Below are positions 24,024 through 34,632 of a stretch of DNA of 62,309 nucleotides, piece by piece (positions within the stretch are counted from its first letter, which is position 1; each line of letters begins with the position of its first letter). The translations under genes were made by a program, and so were the position numbers. The notes below the pieces were generated by a model. It was not told where the DNA came from, searched no databases, and was given only the letters and a program-made list of their open reading frames with translations. This DNA is from a virus (lineage: Duplodnaviria; Caudoviricetes). The stretch spans positions 1 to 62,309 of the IMG/VR virus record IMGVR_UViG_3300022929_000020. One strand, 5' to 3'.

Positions 24024-27000
24024 TTAATTTCGTCTTTTTGAATCTCTATTTTGACCCATACGTCTTAGTTCTAATAAGCTTTTGCTTTTTGTGAATGAAC
24101 CTCTATACCCTTTGGCTTTTGATTTTTTATTTTTACTTTTCTTTTCTAAGCCAAGCTCCCATTTTTGCCAACCACCTAGTAGCGCTAATCTTTCGTAGAG
24201 CTCTAGCTCTTGACTCAAAGCGTAATCAACGTTGTTTATCTTCTTTATAACACGATCAGCTGGCACGTTTGTAGTAGCAGATATCACGTTGCCTGCAGCT
24301 AGCCAAGCTGGATTATCCAAGCTGAAACCTTTAGTTTCCATTTCTTTTCTGTTCCATTGAACTTCTCTAGCTGCTTGTTGTAGCTTAGATATTTTAGAAG
24401 AAACAGGAGGCGATATTCTAAGTATTTCATTTACGACCTTGTTGTATTTAGGACTTTTCTTTTCTGACTCTTCAATAGCTTTTAATGTTGCATTTTTAAC
24501 AACACTTGTTACAGCTCCTTGAACACCAGCTCCTCTCATTATACCATCTACAACACTGTTAGACATTTTCCATATTCTATCTTCCATCTCTTCTTCGTCG
24601 TCAAAGTCTGCTGCAAACAATGCTGACTGTAGCGACGTGAATATAACGCCCTGTATTACGCTGTAATACATAATCTTTGATAGGTTAGTTTTGAAGTCTC
24701 CTCTATTGTTGGCCAAGTCTAAGCTAGCTTTCTTTATTATTCTGGCGTACTGACTTGGTGTATTAGCAAACGCTAAAACTACACGACCTAAAGGACCAGC
24801 TTGCTGTTGCGATATTCTATCTGGTCTACTAGACTGCTGTGATTCTTCAGCTGCTTCTCTAAAGTCTTCAAACGCTTTTGTTTCGGCTTCTTTCTGAGAC
24901 ATGCCTTCTTTTAAGTAGGTTTTTATTCTGTTTCTATAGAAAGTAGAACCACCAGATGCAATAGCAAATCCGTCAGCAATCTGCGTAGGTAAAAATCCTT
25001 TTTGTAGTAGGTATGCTAACGCACCTTTTGCTCCACCTTTGTTTGCCATTTCCGCAATGTCAGCTTCGTTAACATTAATAGTTAAGTTATCTCTACGTTC
25101 TTTTAAGAAATCTGAATTAAATAAGAACATAAAGTCTTTCCAGTATTGCTTTTGATTTGCGAAAGCGGCTGAAGCCTTAAATACGTTGTTGTCAGACCAG
25201 TTTATAAAGTTAACAGCAGATATAGTCTGAAGTATAGCAGATCTAGTGTTAAAGAACATTATAGCGCCTGTACTACCGTTAACCCAATCTAAAAACTTAC
25301 CAGTCAAAGAATCACCATCGAAGTTTCTATTTTTACCTGACTTCATTCTTTGAAGTATGTTTTCCATAGCGCCTCTATAAGTAGATCCATAAGCAGCTTC
25401 CATCTTGTTTAGATTTTCTTTTGAAAATATAACGTCAACGTTTTGCTGCCACTCTTCCAAGTGCTTAGCGCGTTTAGTAACTTGCAAGGTATTTAGTAGA
25501 TCCGTTGTTATACTTCCAGCCATCCAGCTTTCACCTGGTGTAGCATAGCCATCGCCTTTGGTTATTTCTACTAGTTGGTCCGCAAACACTTGTAACGTAG
25601 CGTCGTTTTCTACATACTTTGTCATGTCAGCTAAGTCTGTTTTGCTAAGACCAGGAACATCAAACCCTTGCTTGTTCCATATGTATATCCTAACGGCCTG
25701 CTCTTTGTTGAATCCTTCGCCTTTGATTTTCTGCTTCAACTTCTTAGGCACAACACCTAGTTGCTTTTTTAAGGCTTTATAATCAGCGGCCAAAGACATC
25801 CTTTCGTTTGCTATATTGTTCATGGCTCTAGTATAAGGATCTAATAAATTCTTTTTGTACCACGCCATTTGGTTTTCACCAAGCTTTCCTTTTGATAGAG
25901 TTGAATACAATAATCCTACGAAGTCCTCAGCTGATGGAGATATAAAGAAATTAAACTTACCCTTACTCACTCCTATTACCTCGGCCTTAGCATCGCTATA
26001 TCTTTTTTCAGAAGCAATACCCGTTTTAGCCTCGAGTATATCGTTGAACTCTTTGTCTAACTTTTCATAAGCATCTTTATATACAATACGTTCTTTAGAT
26101 TTTACATCTAAAACTTTCATTGCATCTTGAACAGCTTTCACATTCTTATATGCGTCATCTGTAAAGTAAAAATCGTTGTAGCCTTCTGCAGCCTTATCAA
26201 CCATCCATTGCGCCTTAGCTTCAGGTGAACTGTTTGCTAAGCCAGTTATGTTTTCTAATGGTATCTCGTAACCAAGACCTTTTAAAAACTCATATATTGC
26301 CGATGCTGAATTAGCAGGTCTAGCTGTTAACACAAACACATCTTTGTTACCAAACTTTTTAATTGCTTTGTCCAACTTGGCAATTAAAGGGCCAGGTTCA
26401 CCACCGACAACTTTGCTGAAATCGCTAAAGTCAAACTCAGCTCCTTGCTTTAATAGTTCGTCTCCACGCTTAGCAAATTCAGTGGCATCTATTTGGGTTT
26501 CAGTACCATCAGGCATAGTTACTCCTACCACGCTCTTGGTGGTTGCAAGAGTATCGTCAAAGTCAAACACAGATATACCTTTTACTTTAGCTTTAACATT
26601 TCTAGCGTTACGTAAGGCTTTGTCTCTATTGGAAAGATCATTTAATATTTTTTCATTAGATAGGTCTTTTTTCTTAGAGAATTTAGTTGTTACATTTTTT
26701 AATCTACTTTGATTTGCAGCTGCCGCTTCCTCTGTTTTTAACTTTATATGTTCGTTTAAATATTCTTGATGGTTGCTATATTTTTCCTCTCCTTTTATTT
26801 TATCAAGTAATAATCTATTTTGAAGATTTAAATTATCTACTGTTTCATACTCTTTAGGTAAAGTAACGCCTATCTCTTTAGCCCAAGATTCGTTTGTTTC
26901 AATGTTTACTATATCATTGAAGTTCATCCTAGGAAGGTTTTCTATATTCTCGGTTAAAATATTTGCAGTAAGCATTCTTATAGCCCCAACGTTTTCATCA

Positions 27001-30000
27001 AACAAGCTGGATCCTTCAGCTAGTGTTGCGTCAAGCTTCGCTTTGTCTAGTATAACGTCATATTGTTTGCCTAGTACGACTTGAAAGAAGTTTTTTCTAA
27101 CAGCACTCATTGCTTCTTTAGCTGTATTGGTTAAAATACCATGTATTAAATAACCACCAATCACAGAGGCTGGAACCGTATGTTCTTCTCTTATTAACTC
27201 TCCTTTGTTCTGTTCTGGCTTACCATATTCCCCTGCGTATTTAGGGTTCATGGTTTTGTATTTAAAAGGTGCAGATATTTTAATTACGCCAGATGTAGCT
27301 TGGTAAGCTTTAGTTATGAACTTAACAGCGGCATCAGCAGATAATTTTTTGTTATTAACTGCATCAGCTAACTTAATAGTCATTTCCTCTAGAACATCTA
27401 AATTAGTAGCAAACTGTTCATTAGCCTCCTTAGTTCCAGCTTTTTTAACTGAAACTCTTTTAGGTTTTTTAGCTTCTAACTCAGTATTTTGTCTTGCTAG
27501 TTCTTCTGCTCTTCTATAAGCAGGGTCTTCAGTTCCGTAATATATATCACTTCTATCCGGTGTGAAGTCTCCAGATCTAGATTTTTTTATTTTGTCTGCT
27601 TTTTCTTTATCTTCTACTAGGTTTCCTAATTGATTCTTTTTAACAGGAACTTTTACAAACTCATTGTTTTTTAAAGCGTAGTATTTAAATTTAAGTTTGT
27701 TTGAGCCTTTGGCGGCTTTTTCTTTTTTACTAAACTCTACAAATTTACCATCTTTATTAAACTCGCCGTAAACGGTTTTTACTCCAAAGTTAGTAAACTT
27801 AGCTGATCTAAACATTTCCAATGTTATGCCTCCAAGTTTTATTATTTCTTCTATTTCAGAGTGCAGTATGTCTATTTCTTTAGTTGTGTTTATATCTTTT
27901 AAATCAACTCCGTTGTCTTTTAAAACTTTATAAACATCTTTTATAGTTCTAGTTGATCCAAGTTCTTTTTGTACTTTTTGTACTTTTTTAGATAGCATAA
28001 CTCTAGGTTTACCAGCAGCAACATCAGCAACCTCTTGCTTTGTAGCTCCAGCTGCTTCCATCTCTTGTCTAACCAAGGTATTTGCAGCTAGAGTAGAATA
28101 AGTCTTAGCCATGCCTTTCAATAGCTGACCAATAGGGCTTCGTAACTCTCCTTTAGGTAATATATTAAGTTCTCCTTTTGGAGTTATGCCAATATCTTTT
28201 TTGATCTTATCTATGATTTCTTTAGAAACAACACCTCTAAACTCAGGCTTCAATCTTTTAACGGCTGTCTGACTTGTCAATCCTTTGCTTCTACCTTTTG
28301 GACTAGTTAGTTTACCAGTTGGATCAATGAAGTCTTCGTAGAAATAATCAAGTATACGCTTAGGCAATCCTAGGCCTGTGCCTTGAACTCCTTTAGATAC
28401 ATCTATTGTTTCGATACCTATTTGAGTTTCAGGTAATGCTATATTTGTTTCTGGTAGTATCTTGACGAATTTATCTAAATTGTCAGCTTTAAAAAAGAAT
28501 TGTTGTATAGCCCTTGCTTCATTTACAGATCCAAGGTTGGCTGCAGATTCTGTGATCTTTTTAGCTGGTATACCTATAGCTTGCTCACCTACTTCACCAG
28601 CATATTGCTTTGCTACTTTCTTGAATGTTAAGCCTTTGCCAGGTTTGTCACTTAATTTTATTTCAGCTGGCACGCCAGTGAATTTAAGTGGATTTATTTT
28701 TGGCTTTTCTTTTGTTTCAACTTGTTCTTCTACTGCTGTTTCAACATCTGCGATTTGTTTAGTTGACTCATCTATACTAGTTTCTTTTGATCTACGCTCA
28801 GACTCTTGGAATAATTTTTTCTTGGCATCTAGCTTTCCAAACGCGGTGTTAGCAAATATAAACTCACCAAATCCTTCGCGGCCAATGATTGATCCATCTT
28901 TTCGTTTAGCTTGAGGATCAAAGTTCATTAACCTCTCAAGCACAGAGTCGACAGCTAGCTCAGCTTCCATAGCGCTAGAAGTTCTAGACTTTATGTAGTT
29001 ATTTATAGCACCGCCAGGATTCATAGCGGACTCATATACTTTAGTGAAAGATCTATCAGATAGAAACTGCTCTTTTGTTTCTATTCCTTCTGGTATTAAA
29101 TTGTTTATTTCTTCAAGTACCGTAGATTTAGAATACATTGCTCTTCTACTGTCTACGCCTACACCTTTGTACACTTTATCTAAAAAGTCCTGTGGTAAGT
29201 CTTTGCCGTACTCTATAGCTTCTGTGTTTATTTCATAAAGCTTGTCTCCAAAATCTTGCTTGTATTTAGCTAGACTTTCTTGCACTTGATCGTAAGTCTT
29301 TGTTACTATTTTGTCAGGAAGAGATCTTTCTTTTCTAGCCTTGTTTCTATCCAGGGCAGTTTGTAAAGGAGTGTTAGCGACAACCATGGATACGTCAAAT
29401 CCAGCGTTTTCGAGCTCTTTGACTTTCTTCATGGTTGCGTTATACGATGCGCCAGTCCCGTCTATAACCATATCATTTTTATTAGAAACGTATTGGTTAA
29501 ACTTTTCTTTAGCTGCTTTAACGGCGTTTGCACCAAGTTTAGATCTTAACGATCTTTGCTCTGCTGTGTACTCAGACTCTTCAGCAGGTAGACCAGCTTC
29601 TTCTTTCATAGCTTCCAATGCTATGTCTTGGTTTACAACTTTGAAACCTCTTCTACCTAGCTTAAGCCCTTTACCAACATTAGTCTTACCAGCGCCAGGG
29701 CCACCAACCATGAATATAGCTTTAGGTTTTTCTGCTGCTGACTCTTTAACCTTAGTCTCAGTCTCTTTAATTGTAGGTTCAGAAACTAAACGACCTTCTG
29801 CTGTTTGCTTTAGTAACTCGCTTTGCGCTTTTGTAAATCTGCCTTTAGTTACACTTTTATTATAGTCTTTTATGAAATTGAAAACATCATTAGAGTTATT
29901 GAAGTTTATCTTGGTGAAGCCTACGGACTGTAATACTCTTCTTATTGATCCACCTATTTTTTGAAACAAGCTTTCTTCAAACTCTATTTCTCCAGTTGCA

Positions 30001-32102
30001 ACAGCATCGGCAAATAAAGTAAGTGTCTCTTCGGGTTTTGCATCTGAGCTGTATCTACTAAGTCTATCTTTGAATTCGCTTTGCTCTAGTATAGATGGAT
30101 CTATTTTTTCTATTTCTTTTTCCAACGAAGCTGCTAATGATTTTGCTACTTCTTGGTTTTCACCAACAGTTTTAAACAATACAGCATGTAACAGCTCATG
30201 TGATGCTACGTTAACTGCTTGATCTTTGTTTGCTACTTCCTTATTAATAACAATAGTTTGCTTGCCATCAGATCTTTGAGCTATGTAGCCTTGTTCAAAT
30301 GAAGCTTTCTTATCTATGTCTTGCTCTTCAGCTATAGCGTTTGCTTCTTCTGTGTTCTCTGCAGTTATTATTTCTACGTTGTCAATACCTTCTACTATCT
30401 TAGCTACATTTTTAGTAGTTTTAAGAGTTTTGTTTTCAATCCCTATTTGCGCTAGGCGTTCATCTACTTGTTTTAATCTATTTATATCATCTGAAACAAT
30501 CGCTTTGTTATCACCAGCGTCTTGAACTCGCTGATTAATATCTGCTCTTTCTTTTATTAAAGATACCGTTTCTTCAGAAAGTTCTTTTTCTATTCCTAGT
30601 TTTTCTGATATATTTACAGCAGCCTTAGTCCTGTTAAAGTTTGCTTGTATATCTTTAGACTCTTGCTCTGTTATTTCGCCTAGCTTTTCTTTTATTTGTA
30701 ACTCGTTTTTAAGTACGTTTTCAGTATACTTGTTTTTAGCTATATCTATAGACTCTAAGTCAGAAGCTCCAGAAATAAAAGCATCAGATACGTTGTTGTA
30801 GTTTGTTTTATTTAATACTCTATTAACTATTTTATCTTCTGTTATTGATTTAGATAGTTCTATAGTGTTACTAGCTGCCTTTATGCCACCACCTGTAATA
30901 AAAGACAGGAAGAAAACATCAGCGAACTCTCCCCAAGATTCGCTAGTTTTAAAGTCTTTATTTAAGTATATGTCATCGGCTAGCTTATTAATAACTTCGG
31001 TGCTAACTTCGGATGCTCCTTCTTTGCCTCCTTCTTTTATTACTCCTTTGGATATCTCAGTTAAGTTCTTTTTAATTATTGCTCTTGGCTTGTTAGCTAA
31101 TGACTTAAATAAAGACTTTCCAAGTCTTCTAGTTGTTATTTCTAACAAGGCTTCTGATGCTCCTCTAGTTGCACTATAAGCTATTAAACCAGCGTCTATT
31201 TTTTTACCTTCTTTTATAGCTTCCTCAGAAGCTGAAGCCGCAGACTGTAGACCTATAGTAGGTAAACCAACTACAGGTACAAATGCTTCACCTATGGAAG
31301 GCAACAAACCACCTATGTTGCTAAACGTTCTAGCAAAACCTCTAGAGTAATTACCTATTTGGAAATCTTCTACTATACCTTCTGTGTACTGTGGTAGTCC
31401 TTTTTCTATTTCTTGTATTTCTATATCTAGTTCTTTTGCTTTTTTAGAAGCTTCTATAGAAGGTGTCAAGCCTATAGCTTGAGCATATATATCTTGAGCT
31501 TTAGGACTTAGTCTATCAAAGCCTTGTTTTTGTTCATCAGTCATAAACAATCTTCTAATAGCCATGTTTGCCCTGTTAGCTAGTAAAGGTATTTTAAGTA
31601 TATCTGATTCTATTTGTAAAGCACTAGCTTTTAATCTTTCTCCAAATGTTTTAACTTCAGTTAAATTACTAGGTCTCTTTTTTACTTTTATATCTACAGG
31701 TGCTATCTTTTCTATTTCTACGTCTCCTTCTTCATCAATAATCAAACCCATATTAGCTAAATCTGATTTTGAATACTTACCAGACGTCAGCATTTTTTCT
31801 AAACCAGGATATTTTTCTAGCCCAGGCAGAAACACTTCTTTAGAAACTTCAGTTTTAGGTTTTGGTTGTTTTTCTTCGTCAACTTCAAATCCATATAAAT
31901 TACCTGTAGGTGACTCCAATGAACCACCTTCCAAGTTGGAGACCATATCGTTTGTAGATCCCGTGCTTGTCTCCTGTTTCAAGGGATCTGTGGTCTTTTT
32001 TGGCGGGTCTGTATCGTTATCAAACTCATCTAGCTTTGCAAGAATTTCTTCGTCAGTTAAGTTTTGATTAACTAAGTCTTGTATGTATTGCTGTCTTTCC
32101 AT
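24024..32102 (-). CDS. Giant (2692 aa) probable ejected/internal virion polyvalent protein with zincin, P-loop kinase and HAD phosphatase domains
   Basis: HELLH (30186-30200); GGPGAGKT...DGT...RNKAR (~29170-29730); FDFDDTL...LTAR...TDD (~26090-26590); last gene of the tail/ejection operon. Confidence 0.8.
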   Translation of the reverse strand: MERQQYIQDLVNQNLTDEEILAKLDEFDNDTDPPKKTTDPLKQETSTGSTNDMVSNLEGGSLESPTGNLYGFEVDEEKQPKPKTEVSKEVFLPGLEKYPGLEKMLTSGKYSKSDLANMGLIIDEEGDVEIEKIAPVDIKVKKRPSNLTEVKTFGERLKASALQIESDILKIPLLANRANMAIRRLFMTDEQKQGFDRLSPKAQDIYAQAIGLTPSIEASKKAKELDIEIQEIEKGLPQYTEGIVEDFQIGNYSRGFARTFSNIGGLLPSIGEAFVPVVGLPTIGLQSAASASEEAIKEGKKIDAGLIAYSATRGASEALLEITTRRLGKSLFKSLANKPRAIIKKNLTEISKGVIKEGGKEGASEVSTEVINKLADDIYLNKDFKTSESWGEFADVFFLSFITGGGIKAASNTIELSKSITEDKIVNRVLNKTNYNNVSDAFISGASDLESIDIAKNKYTENVLKNELQIKEKLGEITEQESKDIQANFNRTKAAVNISEKLGIEKELSEETVSLIKERADINQRVQDAGDNKAIVSDDINRLKQVDERLAQIGIENKTLKTTKNVAKIVEGIDNVEIITAENTEEANAIAEEQDIDKKASFEQGYIAQRSDGKQTIVINKEVANKDQAVNVASHELLHAVLFKTVGENQEVAKSLAASLEKEIEKIDPSILEQSEFKDRLSRYSSDAKPEETLTLFADAVATGEIEFEESLFQKIGGSIRRVLQSVGFTKINFNNSNDVFNFIKDYNKSVTKGRFTKAQSELLKQTAEGRLVSEPTIKETETKVKESAAEKPKAIFMVGGPGAGKTNVGKGLKLGRRGFKVVNQDIALEAMKEEAGLPAEESEYTAEQRSLRSKLGANAVKAAKEKFNQYVSNKNDMVIDGTGASYNATMKKVKELENAGFDVSMVVANTPLQTALDRNKARKERSLPDKIVTKTYDQVQESLAKYKQDFGDKLYEINTEAIEYGKDLPQDFLDKVYKGVGVDSRRAMYSKSTVLEEINNLIPEGIETKEQFLSDRSFTKVYESAMNPGGAINNYIKSRTSSAMEAELAVDSVLERLMNFDPQAKRKDGSIIGREGFGEFIFANTAFGKLDAKKKLFQESERRSKETSIDESTKQIADVETAVEEQVETKEKPKINPLKFTGVPAEIKLSDKPGKGLTFKKVAKQYAGEVGEQAIGIPAKKITESAANLGSVNEARAIQQFFFKADNLDKFVKILPETNIALPETQIGIETIDVSKGVQGTGLGLPKRILDYFYEDFIDPTGKLTSPKGRSKGLTSQTAVKRLKPEFRGVVSKEIIDKIKKDIGITPKGELNILPKGELRSPIGQLLKGMAKTYSTLAANTLVRQEMEAAGATKQEVADVAAGKPRVMLSKKVQKVQKELGSTRTIKDVYKVLKDNGVDLKDINTTKEIDILHSEIEEIIKLGGITLEMFRSAKFTNFGVKTVYGEFNKDGKFVEFSKKEKAAKGSNKLKFKYYALKNNEFVKVPVKKNQLGNLVEDKEKADKIKKSRSGDFTPDRSDIYYGTEDPAYRRAEELARQNTELEAKKPKRVSVKKAGTKEANEQFATNLDVLEEMTIKLADAVNNKKLSADAAVKFITKAYQATSGVIKISAPFKYKTMNPKYAGEYGKPEQNKGELIREEHTVPASVIGGYLIHGILTNTAKEAMSAVRKNFFQVVLGKQYDVILDKAKLDATLAEGSSLFDENVGAIRMLTANILTENIENLPRMNFNDIVNIETNESWAKEIGVTLPKEYETVDNLNLQNRLLLDKIKGEEKYSNHQEYLNEHIKLKTEEAAAANQSRLKNVTTKFSKKKDLSNEKILNDLSNRDKALRNARNVKAKVKGISVFDFDDTLATTKSVVGVTMPDGTETQIDATEFAKRGDELLKQGAEFDFSDFSKVVGGEPGPLIAKLDKAIKKFGNKDVFVLTARPANSASAIYEFLKGLGYEIPLENITGLANSSPEAKAQWMVDKAAEGYNDFYFTDDAYKNVKAVQDAMKVLDVKSKERIVYKDAYEKLDKEFNDILEAKTGIASEKRYSDAKAEVIGVSKGKFNFFISPSAEDFVGLLYSTLSKGKLGENQMAWYKKNLLDPYTRAMNNIANERMSLAADYKALKKQLGVVPKKLKQKIKGEGFNKEQAVRIYIWNKQGFDVPGLSKTDLADMTKYVENDATLQVFADQLVEITKGDGYATPGESWMAGSITTDLLNTLQVTKRAKHLEEWQQNVDVIFSKENLNKMEAAYGSTYRGAMENILQRMKSGKNRNFDGDSLTGKFLDWVNGSTGAIMFFNTRSAILQTISAVNFINWSDNNVFKASAAFANQKQYWKDFMFLFNSDFLKERRDNLTINVNEADIAEMANKGGAKGALAYLLQKGFLPTQIADGFAIASGGSTFYRNRIKTYLKEGMSQKEAETKAFEDFREAAEESQQSSRPDRISQQQAGPLGRVVLAFANTPSQYARIIKKASLDLANNRGDFKTNLSKIMYYSVIQGVIFTSLQSALFAADFDDEEEMEDRIWKMSNSVVDGIMRGAGVQGAVTSVVKNATLKAIEESEKKSPKYNKVVNEILRISPPVSSKISKLQQAAREVQWNRKEMETKGFSLDNPAWLAAGNVISATTNVPADRVIKKINNVDYALSQELELYERLALLGGWQKWELGLEKKSKNKKSKAKGYRGSFTKSKSLLELRRMGQNRDSKRRN

Positions 32103-32108
32103 TTTATT

Positions 32109-33965
32109 TTATTTGTTTGCTCTTGCGGCGTTGATCATTTTAAGATCAATTGCTTTTTTGTTCTCTTTGTAAAAATCTTCCCATGTGTTAATAGTAGAAG
32201 ACATCAATGGTATTCCTCTAGATTGTTTTTCAGCTAAGTAATTTATCAATCTATCTTTTTGTCCTCTTCTACTCAACCATTTAACCCACTTGGACATACC
32301 GTTATTGTCAAGCCTAGCTAATCCGTTATCTGTGCTAAACTCTTTAAGCATAATATTATTGAAGTCTTTTTGTTTCACCTTGCCAATAGCTAAATCTTTA
32401 AATGCAAAAAACATAGCATCTGGATCTTTTTTATCTACTTCTTTCGATCTTCCTTGCTGACCATAAAATATTTTAAGCTTTTCAGATCCTTGTTTTTGCT
32501 CTACAAATTCTACGTCTTGCTGTCTACCACTAGCTCTGACTTTCCCTCTAGTAAAAGCTTTACCTTCATCTAATGAAGTTACCGTACCTCCAGTTTCTAA
32601 TTCTTTATCCCCTGGTATAAACTGCATGTTTTCGCCTTTATAATTCCACATGCTTGTTAAAACTTCTTCGTCTTCCGGAGACAAGCTTGATGGTTTAGTT
32701 TTACTGTTCGAGCCGTATGGTCTTTGTCTTTTTCTTAATACTGATTGACTATCAACGCCGCTAGCTACAACGTCCAAGTCTACTACTTCTTTTACAACTT
32801 GAAATTGATACTCTTGCAATGCTTCGTATATTTCTGGAACTTCAGCTTCACTTAGTAAACCAGCTTTGCTTAGTTCACCGATATAACCATCCATTCTTTT
32901 ATCACTTAATGGAAGATCTAATACAGCTCTAAGTAATTGATTGACGGTTTCTTTATTTTCATTATTGTCAATCCTATCTATAATGTTTTTACCTATTTGT
33001 GTTTTAGCAAATAACTCTTTTTGAGTATTGCCATACACTTCTACGTTGGGTTCGAAATCAAAAGGTACGTTATCACCTAAATTGGCAAATGTTTTTTCAA
33101 AGAAACCAGGACCACCAGCTGTATTTTGTCTAGTCTTTTCGCTTAGATACATTCTTCTAAGCATAGGTTCAGTTTCTTCTTTAGTACGCTTTATGCCATC
33201 TATAAAAAGATCTTGATTGTTTTTTCTTGCTTCCTCTTTATCTCTATCTACTCCGCTTTTTATTGTGTTCTTGAACTTATCTACAACATCGTCAAACTGC
33301 TTATCGAAATCTTCTCTGCCTTGAAGCGTAGTTAACTTAGCTCCAAGTACATCAGTGGGTATGGTAGAATATTTCTGACCATCTTCTCCAGTTAGCTCTC
33401 CGTTAGGGTTTGGATATGTGATGTATGCAGAAAAATCATCACCATATTGCTCTACAGTTAGTGACTCTGGATTGGACTTGGCGTAGTCCATTATCATTTG
33501 AATATCTGCATAGTCTTTATTAGACTTGTCTACGTCTTTATATTTTCTACTGTCTACTAGAAACTCAGATATTTGGTTCAGCTGAGTTGCTACTCCTTTA
33601 AAACTACCTTCTGCTTTTTGCATACCAGCAGCAGATGATCCACCGAGAGCTCTTGCCGATGCTACATTTGTTAATGCTCCACCTTCTTCGTTTCTTTTTT
33701 CAAAAGCTCTATTATCTTGCATCCAAAAGCTACCAGCTTCAGCTAGCTTATTAGACCAAGTACCAGTTAGGTTTTTACTTTTATCAATAGCATCTTGCAA
33801 GTCCTCACCAGTCTTTCTTAACGCCTTGTTCTTCTGCTCTACTTGACTCCTAACTGTAGCTATGTGGTCTTCTACTCCTTGAAAGCCAGCCTGAAAAGCC
33901 TTTTTAAAGCTATTAGCAAAAGCCAATGGATCTTGTAAGTATATTTTTGGATTACTATAACTCAT
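32109..33965 (-). CDS. Putative internal virion/ejection protein
   Basis: 618 aa, helical, between the pilot-like gene and the giant gene. Confidence 0.55.
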   Translation of the reverse strand: MSYSNPKIYLQDPLAFANSFKKAFQAGFQGVEDHIATVRSQVEQKNKALRKTGEDLQDAIDKSKNLTGTWSNKLAEAGSFWMQDNRAFEKRNEEGGALTNVASARALGGSSAAGMQKAEGSFKGVATQLNQISEFLVDSRKYKDVDKSNKDYADIQMIMDYAKSNPESLTVEQYGDDFSAYITYPNPNGELTGEDGQKYSTIPTDVLGAKLTTLQGREDFDKQFDDVVDKFKNTIKSGVDRDKEEARKNNQDLFIDGIKRTKEETEPMLRRMYLSEKTRQNTAGGPGFFEKTFANLGDNVPFDFEPNVEVYGNTQKELFAKTQIGKNIIDRIDNNENKETVNQLLRAVLDLPLSDKRMDGYIGELSKAGLLSEAEVPEIYEALQEYQFQVVKEVVDLDVVASGVDSQSVLRKRQRPYGSNSKTKPSSLSPEDEEVLTSMWNYKGENMQFIPGDKELETGGTVTSLDEGKAFTRGKVRASGRQQDVEFVEQKQGSEKLKIFYGQQGRSKEVDKKDPDAMFFAFKDLAIGKVKQKDFNNIMLKEFSTDNGLARLDNNGMSKWVKWLSRRGQKDRLINYLAEKQSRGIPLMSSTINTWEDFYKENKKAIDLKMINAARANK

Positions 33966-33979
33966 GTGTTGATTTTGAT

Positions 33980-34630
33980 TTAAGCACCTAGCGCTACTAA
34001 ACTATTTTTAAATGTTTCACCTTGGCCTTGATTTAGCTTAGCAGCACCTAATGTTCCGCCTGCAGCTCCAAGTGCACTACCTAAGCTAGAATACATAGCT
34101 TGCTTGTTCATTTGAGTTTGTTGATTTTGCGCATCTAATAAATTGGAAGCTCTCTCTATTGCTTGCTGAGATCTTGCATCTCTAATGTCAAATTCTCTAT
34201 TTTGTTGAGCTACTCTCTCTCGCTGAGCTTGCATCGCTCCCTTCGCTCTTAGCTCTGCGTTTTTAGCTTCTTGTTGTTCTATGCTAGCTGCTACACCTCT
34301 TTTACTTCTAAGCGCGGCCTGTGCTAATGCTGTTGCACCACCAGCTCCCATGCCTGTTGCTCTTAATGTGTCTAATGTGTTAGCAAGGGAAACATCTGCT
34401 TCTTCTGCTTGCATTTCTGCTGCTCCTGTTGCTACTTGTAGATTTGCGTATTGGTTTTGTATTTGACCAGAAAGATTTTGTACTTCTGGTCTATTGGCTA
34501 GTTCTCTATCTAGCGTTGCTTGAAACTTGTCAGCTTGCTTTTGAGACTGTCTAGCTTGATAAGCCGAAGTTGCCGCTCCTACTAGTCCGCCAATTACTTG
34601 TGCGCCTGCCATTGCTAAAAATGCTGCCAT
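33980..34630 (-). CDS. Putative ejection/pilot protein
   Basis: Ala/Gly/Gln-rich with hydrophobic N-terminus and coiled coil. Confidence 0.6.
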   Translation of the reverse strand: MAAFLAMAGAQVIGGLVGAATSAYQARQSQKQADKFQATLDRELANRPEVQNLSGQIQNQYANLQVATGAAEMQAEEADVSLANTLDTLRATGMGAGGATALAQAALRSKRGVAASIEQQEAKNAELRAKGAMQAQRERVAQQNREFDIRDARSQQAIERASNLLDAQNQQTQMNKQAMYSSLGSALGAAGGTLGAAKLNQGQGETFKNSLVALGA

Positions 34631-34632
34631 AC

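Noticed and set aside
25311-25330. NFDGD in the giant protein as a virion RNA polymerase DxDGD motif
   Set aside because: The first catalytic Asp is missing and no surrounding double-psi barrel motifs are recognisable. The DFDDT elsewhere is a HAD motif I.
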